Assembly: GCA_038882975.1 (NCBI GenBank)
Contig: JAVZNE010000001.1
Span: 288,001-352,000, forward strand
Reading direction: 5' to 3'
Source: Candidatus Bathyarchaeia archaeon
Lineage (GTDB): Archaea > Thermoproteota > Bathyarchaeia > Bathyarchaeales > Bathycorpusculaceae
Length of the DNA: 64,000 bases
The notes under the pieces were generated by a model that saw only the letters and a program-made list of their open reading frames with translations, ran no database searches and was not told where the DNA came from. Position numbers and translations under genes: made by a program. This document shows, one piece after another, positions 39,886 through 49,740 of the stretch. Numbering within the stretch: position 1 is the stretch's first letter; the number at the start of each line of letters is the position of its first letter.

Positions 39886-40092
39886 AATTTCAGCGGGGTT
39901 TTTAGGGGCTAGATTTTCGCTTACAAGACGTTTAGACTTGTGTTTCTAAATACCCCATTTCAACCACAAAGTCAACAAGTGCCGCGGTTCTATTTATTCT
40001 TTGTTCTGTTGGAAAATGTGCGCATCGCCTATTATGGAAACTTTTAATCCTTAAAGCGCTTTTCTATTGCTGTTTAGCCGAGTGAAAATGGC

Positions 40093-41445
40093 ATGCTAAG
40101 AGAGGCTTGGTCTCTAGCCATTGAGGCTTTAAGCTGGATGGAGAAAGCGCAAATAAGCGAGCGTCTAGCCATAGCCAGAACAGCCAAACAGCTGGAAATA
40201 AGCGACATTGACGCTTTACGCTTTGCTCACAGTCTTGTCTGTGAAACCGTCCGGCGCCGCAACCTCATAGACCGCTTCATAAACGAGGTTTTGAAGCCAA
40301 AATCCATAAGCGAACTCACCTTGGGCGTCCAGTCCTTTTTGAGGCTTTATGTTTACCAAACGAGGGTTGCCAAAGACTGGGGAAAAATTGACTTTGAAGA
40401 AGCAAAAAACATCGTGCGACTTGCCCGCTCAATCTTAGGATGGAGAACCCTCCAAAATGTTGAGCCCTTTCTGGGCTTGCTTTTAACAGAAAGCCCCAAC
40501 ACCATTCTAAAAGCCGTGGGCGACGAGGAAAGAGTGGGACTTTTAACCTTTCATCCAACATGGTTTGTGCGGTACTGCTTCAAACTTTTCGGCAGAAAAG
40601 AAGCCATAACCATGCTTGAGGCAAACCTGAAAGCCCCGCCAACCTACATTAGGCTTAACACACTAATGGGAAGTGAAAATGAAATTTTGACAAGGCTAGC
40701 CGAAGAAAAGATAAGGGTTGAAAAGGTTGATGGGTTACGCTATGCCTACAAAGTTTTAGGCACAAAAACCCCGCTGACAAGAACCAAAAGCTTCAGCGAA
40801 GGCTTGTTCTACATTCAAGACAAGGCTAGTTGTTATGCAGCCGAAGTGGCAAACCCGCAGCCGGGAACAGTGCTTTTGGACGTGTGTGCGGCTCCGGGTG
40901 CCAAAACCACCTATTTAGCTCAGCTTATGCAGAACCGAGGCGCAATCTATTCAATAGACTTTTCGAGGCGTAGGATGGACGTTTGGAAAAGCGAAATTGC
41001 AAGAATGGGTGTGGAAATTGCCGAGCCAATAATTGCTGACGCATGCAACCCGTTGCCATTCTCCATAGAGGCTGACGTGGTAGTTTTAGACCCGCCATGC
41101 ACAAGCACTGGAGCCTTCGCAAAGATTCCATCAGCCAAATGGAGGCTTACACAACGCTCTGTTGAAAAAATGGCCGAAATCCAGTGGCAGATGCTGGAAA
41201 ACTGCGCAGAAAAAGTCAAGCCGGATGGCACATTAATCTACTCCACTTGCAGCATAACAGTTGAAGAAAATGAAATGCTTATTGAACGATTTTTGAAGTG
41301 GCATCCCGAGTTCTCGCTGGCTGAAATAACACCAAAAATTGGGCTTCCTGGATTGAGGGGGATGCAAAAATGTCAGAGGCTTTACCCCCACATCCACGAG
41401 TGCAACGGCTACTTCATAGCAAAGCTGTTAAGGAACAAAACATAA
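40093..41445 (+). CDS. RsmB/NOP2-family m5C RNA methyltransferase with NusB-like N-terminus
   Basis: QDKAS, DVCAAPGAKT, LDPPCT, YSTCS, EENE. Confidence 0.92.
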   Translation: MLREAWSLAIEALSWMEKAQISERLAIARTAKQLEISDIDALRFAHSLVCETVRRRNLIDRFINEVLKPKSISELTLGVQSFLRLYVYQTRVAKDWGKIDFEEAKNIVRLARSILGWRTLQNVEPFLGLLLTESPNTILKAVGDEERVGLLTFHPTWFVRYCFKLFGRKEAITMLEANLKAPPTYIRLNTLMGSENEILTRLAEEKIRVEKVDGLRYAYKVLGTKTPLTRTKSFSEGLFYIQDKASCYAAEVANPQPGTVLLDVCAAPGAKTTYLAQLMQNRGAIYSIDFSRRRMDVWKSEIARMGVEIAEPIIADACNPLPFSIEADVVVLDPPCTSTGAFAKIPSAKWRLTQRSVEKMAEIQWQMLENCAEKVKPDGTLIYSTCSITVEENEMLIERFLKWHPEFSLAEITPKIGLPGLRGMQKCQRLYPHIHECNGYFIAKLLRNKT

Positions 41446-41470
41446 CAAGACTGTAAGGAGGCAGAATAAT

Positions 41471-41754
41471 TTGAAAGGTTGTAAATTAATTGGGAAGATT
41501 GTAAAAGTTGAAGGCGAATGCTCAGCGGGACACCACGTCGGAGAGAATTCGACTTAACACTTTACTCTGAAGAAGAAAACAAAAGCCTTAGAGCCCCAAA
41601 CATCTGCGGTTTTTTCTATAACGCCATTTTTCCGTACCTAGTGGCTTTGCAATTCGGCAGAGCCTTCCCACGGGAAGAAGACAAAGACACTTTCACTTCT
41701 GGCTGCCCAGACCGCCAAAAAGTTGTAATTGAAATTAAGAGAGTTAAAAAATGA
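41471..41754 (+). pseudogene. frameshifted TIGR04076-like Cys/His protein
   Basis: TTG with AGGAGG gives ...VEGECSAGHHVGE then stop at 41555; continues in the -1 frame as EFDL...NICG...CPD...IEIKR. Confidence 0.65.
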
Positions 41755-41758
41755 AGAT

Positions 41759-42667
41759 CTAACCCCTTCTCGCTTTTTCTACGCCACATAATATTTCAAA
41801 GATCACTTTTGCAGCTTGTATAGCCGTCACTCCGCTATCATAGTTTGGCGCAACTTCAACCACATCAAAACCAACAACACGCTTGTCGCAAATACCGCAT
41901 AGAATTTCCAGTAAAGTGTAACTTTCAAGACCCTCTGGTTCGGGATTTTGCACTGCTGGAGCATAGGCTGGGTCCAGAACATCCATATCCACGGAAATAT
42001 AAACGTTTTTAACATCGGAGAGCTTCCGCTTCAAAATTTTCAGCGTCTGCTCTACGCCTTCCTCTCTAATTTGTTGGGCTGTTACAAATTTGATTCCGAC
42101 TTTCTCCGCATAGGCGAGCTCTTCTCTGCAGACAGCCCTTGTGCCAATCTCCAATATCTTGGCTGGCTTCAACTGCTCATTTAGCCTTCGCATAAAGGTT
42201 GTGTGGGAAAACCTCAAACCCATGAACTCGTTCCGCAAATCAAGATGTGCATCAAAACTTAAAATGGCCGTCTTGGAAACTTTATTGCCAAAACCCTTCA
42301 AAACGCCCAATGTGACCGTGTGCTCCCCACCAATAGTAATGGGTGTTTTCCCAGCCTCCAAGGTTTCACCAACAACCTTTGCAAGCCTTTCAAGGGTTTG
42401 CGCCGTGTCCATTGACACATGCAAGTCGCCCAAATCGTGAATTCGCAGTTCTTCAACATCTCCGCCGCTGCGAAAACTGTAGGTTTCAATGTTTAGGGAA
42501 GCCTTCCTTATGGCGTTGGGTCCAAACCTTGCTCCAGTCCGGTAAGTGCTTGTAGCGTCAAATGGCACGCCTAAAACCACGTAGTCAGCTTCTTCAAAAG
42601 TCTTTTGAAAGCCGCTGAAGACTGTTGAGTGCGAAACGTATAAGTCGCGATAACTCATTCTCTGCAC
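41759..42667 (-). CDS. speB: agmatinase
   Basis: GARFGP, GGEH, DAHLD, DMDVLDP, DVVEV. Confidence 0.93.
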   Translation of the reverse strand: MQRMSYRDLYVSHSTVFSGFQKTFEEADYVVLGVPFDATSTYRTGARFGPNAIRKASLNIETYSFRSGGDVEELRIHDLGDLHVSMDTAQTLERLAKVVGETLEAGKTPITIGGEHTVTLGVLKGFGNKVSKTAILSFDAHLDLRNEFMGLRFSHTTFMRRLNEQLKPAKILEIGTRAVCREELAYAEKVGIKFVTAQQIREEGVEQTLKILKRKLSDVKNVYISVDMDVLDPAYAPAVQNPEPEGLESYTLLEILCGICDKRVVGFDVVEVAPNYDSGVTAIQAAKVIFEILCGVEKARRG

Positions 42668-42683
42668 CCCTTTGGAGCTGAAC

Positions 42684-42700
42684 GGCTAAACAGTTTAGCC
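42684..42700. repeat. perfect inverted repeat GGCTAAAC-A-GTTTAGCC upstream of speB
   Basis: Read directly; lies between a TATA-like element near 42724-42730 and the start codon. Confidence 0.75.
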
Positions 42701-42773
42701 TATGAAGTTCTAAACTCTTTCGCTTTATATGTGAGAATTAGAGGCTTCTTAACGCTGGATGAATTGTTGATGG

Positions 42774-44486
42774 TTAAAGGCTTGTTATGGCGAAATAGTT
42801 GGTGGCGGCGCCGCTGCGCTTCCTTTTCCTAACGTAATAGGCTGTTGAGGCTAAAATAGCCAATATGGCTAAGATTATCAGTATTAGCCAGTATAACGGG
42901 AACCCTTCGATGCTAGGGGTAGTACCGCCCTCGCCCGGCGCTGCCTTGACAATGTAATAGCCTTCCATTGTTTTCGCGGCGTTTCCAGCTTTATCAAAAT
43001 ATTCCACATAAAACGTTATTATGGCATCTTTTGGGTACTCTGGAATTGTGCCAGTCCAGTTTCCATTCTCCAAATTCATTGATAGTTTTTGCCATTCGCC
43101 GCCCAAAAGCCTAAACCATAAGGTCACATTTTTGATTCCGCTTCCGTCGTCAACGATTTTGGCTGAGACTTTGACAGACTCGTTTTCTTTTGGTTCTGTG
43201 GGCGTCCATGAGAAGCTAACTACCGTTGGGGCTGTATTGTCAACAGTTGCGGTTATGGTGGTTTCAGCCTTGTTTCCAGCCTTGTCAAACACCGTTAAAG
43301 TGATGTTGTAGACGCCGTCGCTGTAACCGCTTGTATCCCACGCATATGTCTGGTCTTTCATCTCCCAAGTTTGGATTTCTTCGCCTATTTTCAGCTCCAT
43401 CCTGTCAAAGTTTGCATCTTCGGCATGAAGCCTAACAAGCACTACGCCACGCAGAAAACTTCCATTGGTAGGCGACCAGATTTCGGCCCTTGGCAATGTA
43501 TTGTCAACAGTTACGGCAATCTTGTGCTTGGCTATGTTCCCCGCCGTGTCAACGGCTTCCAGCGTCAAAACATGAAGTCCATCATCCAATGTCGCATTGT
43601 CCAACGAGCAAGCATATTTTCCTGTTATGTTCCACTCGGCTAAAAGTATTTCATCAACCACAAGCTTGGCACCTAAAAGATTGTCGTCTTGCACATGAAC
43701 TGTGATGTTTATGCTTCCGGTGATGTAGTTTCCATCATTTGGTGTTAAAATGGTGGCTATTGGCGGAAAGCGGTCAACAACAGAGTACGAGTAAATGTCT
43801 AGGGTTGCAGTATTTCCAGCGTTATCAACCGCCGAAACGCGGTAATTTATCGCCGTTCCATATGGGTATGTCGGTATCTCCGCAACATATAATGTACCGT
43901 TGAAATTCATTCTTGTAACATTCCAGCCTGTTCCGTTACTATGGGACAGAAACAGCTCTTTTACGCCACTGGCAAGGAGCGGCTCCGTCGCATTTGCAAT
44001 TATTAGGACTGTTTCGTTGTAGTTTGGTTGGGCTGGGACTCGCTCGATATATGTTATTGTTGGTGGATGAAAATCGCTAACAATGTACGTGTACTCTTTT
44101 GAGCATGCTTTGTTTCCAGCCCTGTCATAAGCGCAGACCACATAGGTGACTGTGGAGTTGTAACGTTTTGGCGGAATCTCTGCGAAATATAAGTTGCCAC
44201 TCCTATTCATTTTCAGCCTAACGGCTTCTTGGTTGTCAACCCTGCAGTATAGGGTTGCGTTGGCTACCCCGCTTCTGGAGTCTGTTATGTACGCTAAAAC
44301 AAGAACACTGTCTTCATATTCAGGCTCTGTGGGGTGCTGGTAAACATAATGAATCTTCGGGGGCCTTTGGTCTTTACGGTGGCATCCACCCGCTGCAAAA
44401 ATTTCGACAATGCTCGGCGTTAGAACTAAAAAAGTTAGGATTAGGAGTATGGCAGCTTTTCTTTCTCGCATCCCCTTTCTCCACAA
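42774..44486 (-). CDS. cell-surface protein with tandem Ig-like domains and a C-terminal TM anchor
   Basis: Signal peptide, five repeats ending D(R/N/T/K)AGN, N-x-S/T sequons, TM helix followed by RKRKR. Confidence 0.82.
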   Translation of the reverse strand: MWRKGMRERKAAILLILTFLVLTPSIVEIFAAGGCHRKDQRPPKIHYVYQHPTEPEYEDSVLVLAYITDSRSGVANATLYCRVDNQEAVRLKMNRSGNLYFAEIPPKRYNSTVTYVVCAYDRAGNKACSKEYTYIVSDFHPPTITYIERVPAQPNYNETVLIIANATEPLLASGVKELFLSHSNGTGWNVTRMNFNGTLYVAEIPTYPYGTAINYRVSAVDNAGNTATLDIYSYSVVDRFPPIATILTPNDGNYITGSINITVHVQDDNLLGAKLVVDEILLAEWNITGKYACSLDNATLDDGLHVLTLEAVDTAGNIAKHKIAVTVDNTLPRAEIWSPTNGSFLRGVVLVRLHAEDANFDRMELKIGEEIQTWEMKDQTYAWDTSGYSDGVYNITLTVFDKAGNKAETTITATVDNTAPTVVSFSWTPTEPKENESVKVSAKIVDDGSGIKNVTLWFRLLGGEWQKLSMNLENGNWTGTIPEYPKDAIITFYVEYFDKAGNAAKTMEGYYIVKAAPGEGGTTPSIEGFPLYWLILIILAILAILASTAYYVRKRKRSGAATNYFAITSL

Positions 44487-44637
44487 AAAGCATCATTATT
44501 TTCCTATAAAAAGGGTGTTTCAAAAACGGAAATATCCATTAATGGAAGGGGACGCTTAGGAAAAATGCTGTTTAAAGCATATAATTTATTAACATATGTG
44601 TTTCAATTTAATGCATTAATTTCAGAAGGCAACCGCT

Positions 44638-44997
44638 ATGGGACTCAAATCAAAGCTTAAAACCGAAAACATAGGCTTGCTTCTAGCCTCAATATTTTAT
44701 GCTGCCTCTGGTGTAGCTTGTTTCACCGCAATAGCCACAATGGATTATGAACTGGTTCACGTTGGCTTGATTGGCATAATAAGCCTAATCACAGCCTACG
44801 GCTTAATTAGGCGGAGGCGCTGGTCCCTTTGGAGCGTTTTCGTCCTCTTCTTCACAAATACAACCTTTGCCATTTCCATGCTCTATTATACAATGGGCAG
44901 CGACATTCTCATCGACACGACCATGATTTTATACTTAATTCTGACTTGGATTGCAACAATTTATTTGGCTGCCAAGCGAAAAAAGCTCGAACTTTAA
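44638..44997 (+). CDS. small four-TM membrane protein
   Basis: Four hydrophobic segments. Confidence 0.7.
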   Translation: MGLKSKLKTENIGLLLASIFYAASGVACFTAIATMDYELVHVGLIGIISLITAYGLIRRRRWSLWSVFVLFFTNTTFAISMLYYTMGSDILIDTTMILYLILTWIATIYLAAKRKKLEL

Positions 44998-46247
44998 ACG
45001 CCAATATCCTCTAAGCTTTTGAAAAGGTGAACCGTTACCTCCTCATCCACATCTACAAACTGTTGGTTTTCGGGAATTTCTATGAAGCCGTCAGCCTTGA
45101 GAAGGGTTGTTATTGCCCCTGAAAGCCCAGCTGGAACAGGTTCCGCTATTAGCCTCTTTGACTTGTCTCCTTTAAGCTTGACCATGACGAATGTGCGTCT
45201 CCCCCTCGCTGGAAATATTCGTGTTGATGCAAAAGCCCTCACAGTGGCAGCCTCCATGGTTTTTCTTCCAGCCATACGCTCAATTATCGGACGCACCAGC
45301 AAGTGGAAGATTAGCAGTGCTGAGGTTGGATGTCCGGGTAGGGCGAAAATGGGCTTGCCATCTATTATAGCGACTGTTGTTGGTTTTCCCGGTTTTGTGG
45401 CTACTCCACAAACAATCACGCCGGGCTTTCCAAGAAAACTGAGCATTTTTGGAATGACATCCTTTGGTCCAACTGAAACTCCGCCTGAGGTCACGACGAC
45501 ATCTGCTGACGACAAAGCCTTTTTCAACGCTTTTTCAATTTCATTTTGGTCGTCTGGAAAAACTCCGAGGTAAACTGGTTTTCCGCCACTTTCCACGACA
45601 GCTGCGCTTAAGCTGTAAGCGTTAATATCATAAATTTTTCCGGGAGCCAGTGGCTTGCCTGGTTCAGTTATTTCTGCGCCTGTGGATAAAACTGCTACGC
45701 TTGGAATTTTGTAAACTTTGACTTTTGAAAGCCCCACTGCTGCTATGGCGCCGATTTCTCTCGAGCCTAAAAGCTGCCCTTGTTTGGCAACTGTTTCACC
45801 CTTTTTTATGTCTGCTCCAGCTTCCATAACGTTTTCACCTTTTGCCACTGCGGCATAAACGTAAATGTCGCGGTTTTTTCTTTCAGCGTTTTCAGCCATG
45901 ACAACGGCATCTGCGCCTTCAGGAATTGGGGCGCCAGTCATTATTTCTGCTGCTGTTCCATGCTCTACCCTTATTTTTGGCGTTTCTCCGACATTTACCG
46001 TTCCGCAAAGCCTCAACTTCACTGGTTTATTTTCGTCTGCGCCGAAGGTGTCTTCAGCTTTAACGGCGTAACCATCCACCGTTGAACGGTTAAAGGGTGG
46101 AATTTTAATGGGGGCTGTTACATCTTCTGCCAGAACGCGGTTGCACGCCTCCAGAAGTGGGACTTCTTCAACGCCTAACGGTTTAGCCTCAAAATGCTTT
46201 TGAATGGTTTGTTTTGCCTCCTCAAGAGTTAAGAGTTTCCTAAACAT
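44994..46247 (-). CDS. moeA: molybdopterin molybdotransferase MoeA paralog
   Basis: PFNRSTVDGYAV, STGAE, TSGGVSVG, LPGHP; ATG at 46247 preferred over the track start. Confidence 0.93.
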   Translation of the reverse strand: MFRKLLTLEEAKQTIQKHFEAKPLGVEEVPLLEACNRVLAEDVTAPIKIPPFNRSTVDGYAVKAEDTFGADENKPVKLRLCGTVNVGETPKIRVEHGTAAEIMTGAPIPEGADAVVMAENAERKNRDIYVYAAVAKGENVMEAGADIKKGETVAKQGQLLGSREIGAIAAVGLSKVKVYKIPSVAVLSTGAEITEPGKPLAPGKIYDINAYSLSAAVVESGGKPVYLGVFPDDQNEIEKALKKALSSADVVVTSGGVSVGPKDVIPKMLSFLGKPGVIVCGVATKPGKPTTVAIIDGKPIFALPGHPTSALLIFHLLVRPIIERMAGRKTMEAATVRAFASTRIFPARGRRTFVMVKLKGDKSKRLIAEPVPAGLSGAITTLLKADGFIEIPENQQFVDVDEEVTVHLFKSLEDIGV

Positions 46248-47499
46248 TCTCGCCGAAAACCTCCAACGTGTCAAAGAGGTGAACTTGAAACACCTCGCCT
46301 TCTTCAAGTCCCTCGCGGTTTTCAGGCACAACAACGTATCCATTAGCCCTAGTTAACGTTGAAATTATGCCGGAGCCTCTAGCGCTTATGGGTTCAGCGT
46401 AAAATTCCCCGTTCCTTTGGAAGACGCGAACGCGGACGAAAGTTTTTCTTCCAAGGGCTGTCGAGGTTCGCCTCGTAAGCCTTGCCGCAACAACTGGTCT
46501 AGGCTCATTTTCGATGCCCAACATTTTGAGGATTAGGGGTCTGGCGAAAACCTCAAAGCCGAAGAAGGCTGCAACTGGATTGCCTGAAAGCACTATTATG
46601 GGCTTATCATCTATAATGGCTAGGGCTGTTGGCATGGCTGGGCGCATGGCAACTCCGTGGACGAGAACACCTGGCTTGCCAAGCCTGTTAATAGCTGTTG
46701 GGACTAGGTCTGATGCCCCAACACTTGTGCCGCCAGTGGTTATTACAACGTCCGCCTTCTCAAGCCCTTGTTTTAGAATTTCTGAAATTTCCTCAACATC
46801 ATCTTTGACTATTCCCAAGTCTAAAGGCTCGGCGCCCAGCTCATGGCATAAAGATGCAAGCATAACCCTATTAGTCTCATAAATTTGGTCTTCCCTCGGT
46901 TTTTGTCCAACTTCGACAAGCTCGTTTCCAGTAGCCAAAATCGCCACCTTTGGCTTTACAAAAACCAGCACTTCATTTTTGCCAAGCGCCGATATTAAGG
47001 CTAAATGGTGGGGTTTGAGGCGCGTTCCAGCTTTGACAGCAGCCTCGCCTTTTGCAATGTCTTCCCCCCGCTTCGAAACATTTTCGCCCGGCGTAACAGC
47101 TGCCCAAACCTCTATTTGGCTGTTGACAAGCCTAACATTTTCCAGCATTAAAACAGCGTCTGCCCCTTTTGGAAGAGGGTTTCCAGTCCAAACCTGTTTT
47201 GCTTCGCCACTTTTCACTTCACTTGCACTTGTCAGTTTTAGGATTTTGGGCTTAAACTGGGAAGCCCCAAAAGTGTCTTCAGCCTTTACAGCATAGCCGT
47301 CGACAGCTGAACGGTTAAATTTCGGCAAGTCTTCCTCCGCGATAAGGTCTTCTGCCAAAACACGGTTAAGTGCCTCCCAGACCAGGACAATCTCGGTTCT
47401 ATGCTGCCTAAATTTTAGATCGTCAAAAAACAGTTTTTTCGCTTCCTCAATTGTCGCAAGCTTTTGGAATCCCCTTAGCCTAACCAAAACCGGAAGCAC
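46240..47499 (-). CDS. moeA: molybdopterin molybdotransferase MoeA paralog
   Basis: FNRSAVDGYAV, ATGNE, TGGTSVG, LSGNP. Confidence 0.93.
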   Translation of the reverse strand: MLPVLVRLRGFQKLATIEEAKKLFFDDLKFRQHRTEIVLVWEALNRVLAEDLIAEEDLPKFNRSAVDGYAVKAEDTFGASQFKPKILKLTSASEVKSGEAKQVWTGNPLPKGADAVLMLENVRLVNSQIEVWAAVTPGENVSKRGEDIAKGEAAVKAGTRLKPHHLALISALGKNEVLVFVKPKVAILATGNELVEVGQKPREDQIYETNRVMLASLCHELGAEPLDLGIVKDDVEEISEILKQGLEKADVVITTGGTSVGASDLVPTAINRLGKPGVLVHGVAMRPAMPTALAIIDDKPIIVLSGNPVAAFFGFEVFARPLILKMLGIENEPRPVVAARLTRRTSTALGRKTFVRVRVFQRNGEFYAEPISARGSGIISTLTRANGYVVVPENREGLEEGEVFQVHLFDTLEVFGENV

Positions 47500-47559
47500 C
47501 TATAAACAGCACACAAACTTTATAGAAAAAGATATCGCACCAAGCCCGTTGTAGCCAGC

Positions 47560-48423
47560 TTATGTTTTCAGCACTTTTCTGAGAATATCCCGCATTTTCA
47601 CAGCGTCAACATCCAACACTGGGCTCTCACTAATTATGACGGGGTTAAGCCTAAAATCGGCTATAACCCTTGCAAGCATCTCAAAATCTGGTCCGTAGCC
47701 AGCCTCATCCATGGTATGGTGACACCTTTCCCCTTTATCCGTGAACTCAACTTTTGTGAAGTGGCAATGCATGTTTTTAACGGCTTCGGTCCCCAAACGC
47801 CTCTCAATTTCTTCCACAACTGCACGGAAGTCATCGACGCTTTTAAAGCGTCCACGGTCCCTCGCATGCAAGTGCGCCCAGTCTATCACGGGCTGGGTTT
47901 GCTCAACCTTTTCGCACAGAGCCAAAACCTCTTCTAAACTGCCAAACTGGGTTGGCTTCCCCATGGTTTCAGGACCAAGCTGCACATCCCTTATGCCAAC
48001 AGCCCTTAGCCTCTCAACAACATCTTTCAGGGCCTCTAGACATGCATTAAAAACTTCTTTTGGAGATTTTCTTCCATAAAATCCGGGATGGAAGACAACA
48101 ATTTTGGAGCCCATCCACCGTGATGCTGTGGCACATGCTATTAGTCGGTCTTTGCTGGCTTCAACAGTTTCTCTCTCGCCGCACAGGTTTATGAAGTAGG
48201 AGCCGTGAAGGCTTAAAAGAACATCGTTCTCCTTAGCTTTCAATCCCAGCTTTTCAGCATCCTCCCTTCGAATTTGGGGCTTTCCACCCCAGCGCACAGC
48301 TTGATACTCAAAAGCATCTAACCCCTCCTCCCCCAAGAGCCTCGGAACGTCCGTTAAGGAGGCTTTCATAGCCCTAAAACTTGGCGGAACCCCTGCTGGA
48401 CCGAACCTTGGACGGTCAGCCAT
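47560..48423 (-). CDS. nfo: endonuclease IV-like AP endonuclease
   Basis: HGSYFINL, FHPG, ETMGK, IDWAH, HCHF, ESP. Confidence 0.9.
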   Translation of the reverse strand: MADRPRFGPAGVPPSFRAMKASLTDVPRLLGEEGLDAFEYQAVRWGGKPQIRREDAEKLGLKAKENDVLLSLHGSYFINLCGERETVEASKDRLIACATASRWMGSKIVVFHPGFYGRKSPKEVFNACLEALKDVVERLRAVGIRDVQLGPETMGKPTQFGSLEEVLALCEKVEQTQPVIDWAHLHARDRGRFKSVDDFRAVVEEIERRLGTEAVKNMHCHFTKVEFTDKGERCHHTMDEAGYGPDFEMLARVIADFRLNPVIISESPVLDVDAVKMRDILRKVLKT

Positions 48424-48434
48424 TCGCCAGAACC

Positions 48435-49319
48435 TCACTTTTTCTTTGTCTTCCTAAGGCGATAACCTTTTCGCGTTAAAAACCCATAAGAAAAAGCTGC
48501 TAAAGCTGAAACCCAAGCCGCCACATTTTGGAAAACAATATATTTACCAAACGGAGGCAAATCCACAAGGGGTTTCACTAAACCTCCGAGAGCGGAAAGG
48601 AAACCCCTCAAGGCTGGCGCTGCAGATATTATGGCATCATTTATTGATGAGCAAAGCCAACCGATGGGACCAAGAGCCTCAACAAATCCTTTCAAAGCGT
48701 TGTTCACAGATTTTACGAACCCAAGAAGCGAGGGGTTCCCTCGATACATATTTGAAAAAGCCGTATAGATTAGCCCAGGATAGGCAATCACTGAAATTAG
48801 CAGAATTAGGGCTGAAAAAACTAGAACTGTCATTATTGCGCTTTTTATTGTTGCCCTTGCAAAGCTAACCTTCCCCCAAACGTAGGAGACCCCTTTAATC
48901 CGTAAAAGCCCAGACTTTATTCTGCCAAAAAAGTTCTTTATGGCGCTCACTATACTAGACTTGAGTTTTCTCTCTGTTTTCTGGATTTGCTCCTTCTTTT
49001 GTGGCTTAGTTTTGGGTTTTCCTTCAAGCGGCTTTTGAGGTTGCATAGCCGCATATTTTGTCATGCAAATCCAACTGAAAACAAGTGCAATAATAACTGA
49101 TAATGGGACAAAGTGGAAAAGCGGACTTACAACAATCTTTATTGTCCAATTTGTGCCTGGAAACTGAAAACTTCCTTGCAAGGGGTTTTCTTCTTTAACC
49201 CCGAGGGAGATGGCGTAAACGACAACGGCATACTCCATTAAGGCGGCTACAATGAAGAATAGGATTATTGCCGTTAAACCCTTAAGAGAGGCCCATCGAA
49301 GTATCAAACGCCTAGACAA
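48435..49319 (-). CDS. hypothetical membrane protein
   Basis: Several TM segments and a Lys-rich loop. Confidence 0.7.
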   Translation of the reverse strand: MSRRLILRWASLKGLTAIILFFIVAALMEYAVVVYAISLGVKEENPLQGSFQFPGTNWTIKIVVSPLFHFVPLSVIIALVFSWICMTKYAAMQPQKPLEGKPKTKPQKKEQIQKTERKLKSSIVSAIKNFFGRIKSGLLRIKGVSYVWGKVSFARATIKSAIMTVLVFSALILLISVIAYPGLIYTAFSNMYRGNPSLLGFVKSVNNALKGFVEALGPIGWLCSSINDAIISAAPALRGFLSALGGLVKPLVDLPPFGKYIVFQNVAAWVSALAAFSYGFLTRKGYRLRKTKKK

Positions 49320-49420
49320 TCAACCACCACTGACGCATTGCCTTCGTAAATTTTGCTTTAGGGAATATGGAAAATCCGGTTAAAAAACGTGACTGTTAAA
49401 CTTTGCTCCGCAACGCGGTT

Positions 49421-49585
49421 TTAAGGCTCCTGTAATGGAAATTCATGCCCACATTTGGGGCATTTTGCATAGCCGCACTGCACTGTTGAAGGACACCCTG
49501 AACACGCAAAGGCTCTCCCATAAGATATGTCAAATGTGAAGCCGCATTTAGGACAGCGCACAAGCTTTTTTGTTTGGGGATTCAT
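49421..49585 (-). CDS. 54-aa Cys-rich zinc-finger microprotein
   Basis: CPKCG...CSGC...C...CPKCGHEF; AGGTG upstream of the ATG. Confidence 0.7.
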   Translation of the reverse strand: MNPQTKKLVRCPKCGFTFDISYGRAFACSGCPSTVQCGYAKCPKCGHEFPLQEP

Positions 49586-49740
49586 TTCCGGTGCACCTTT
49601 CAAAACGACAAGCACAGCAATCCTTTAAAACTTTTCGAGGGAAACTAAAATTTTTGTGGAAAGTTTTAAACAGTAACAAATTTTATATAATACGGTCTGA
49701 AGCCTCTAGATACCAGTTTAACGGTCGCCGGCATGGGAAA

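Noticed and set aside
44535-44546. Palindrome TCCATTAATGGA between divergent genes
   Set aside because: Plausible operator but AT-rich, single copy and no regulator nearby.
44994-47499. Tandem moeA duplication
   Set aside because: Two MoeA paralogs are common in archaea.
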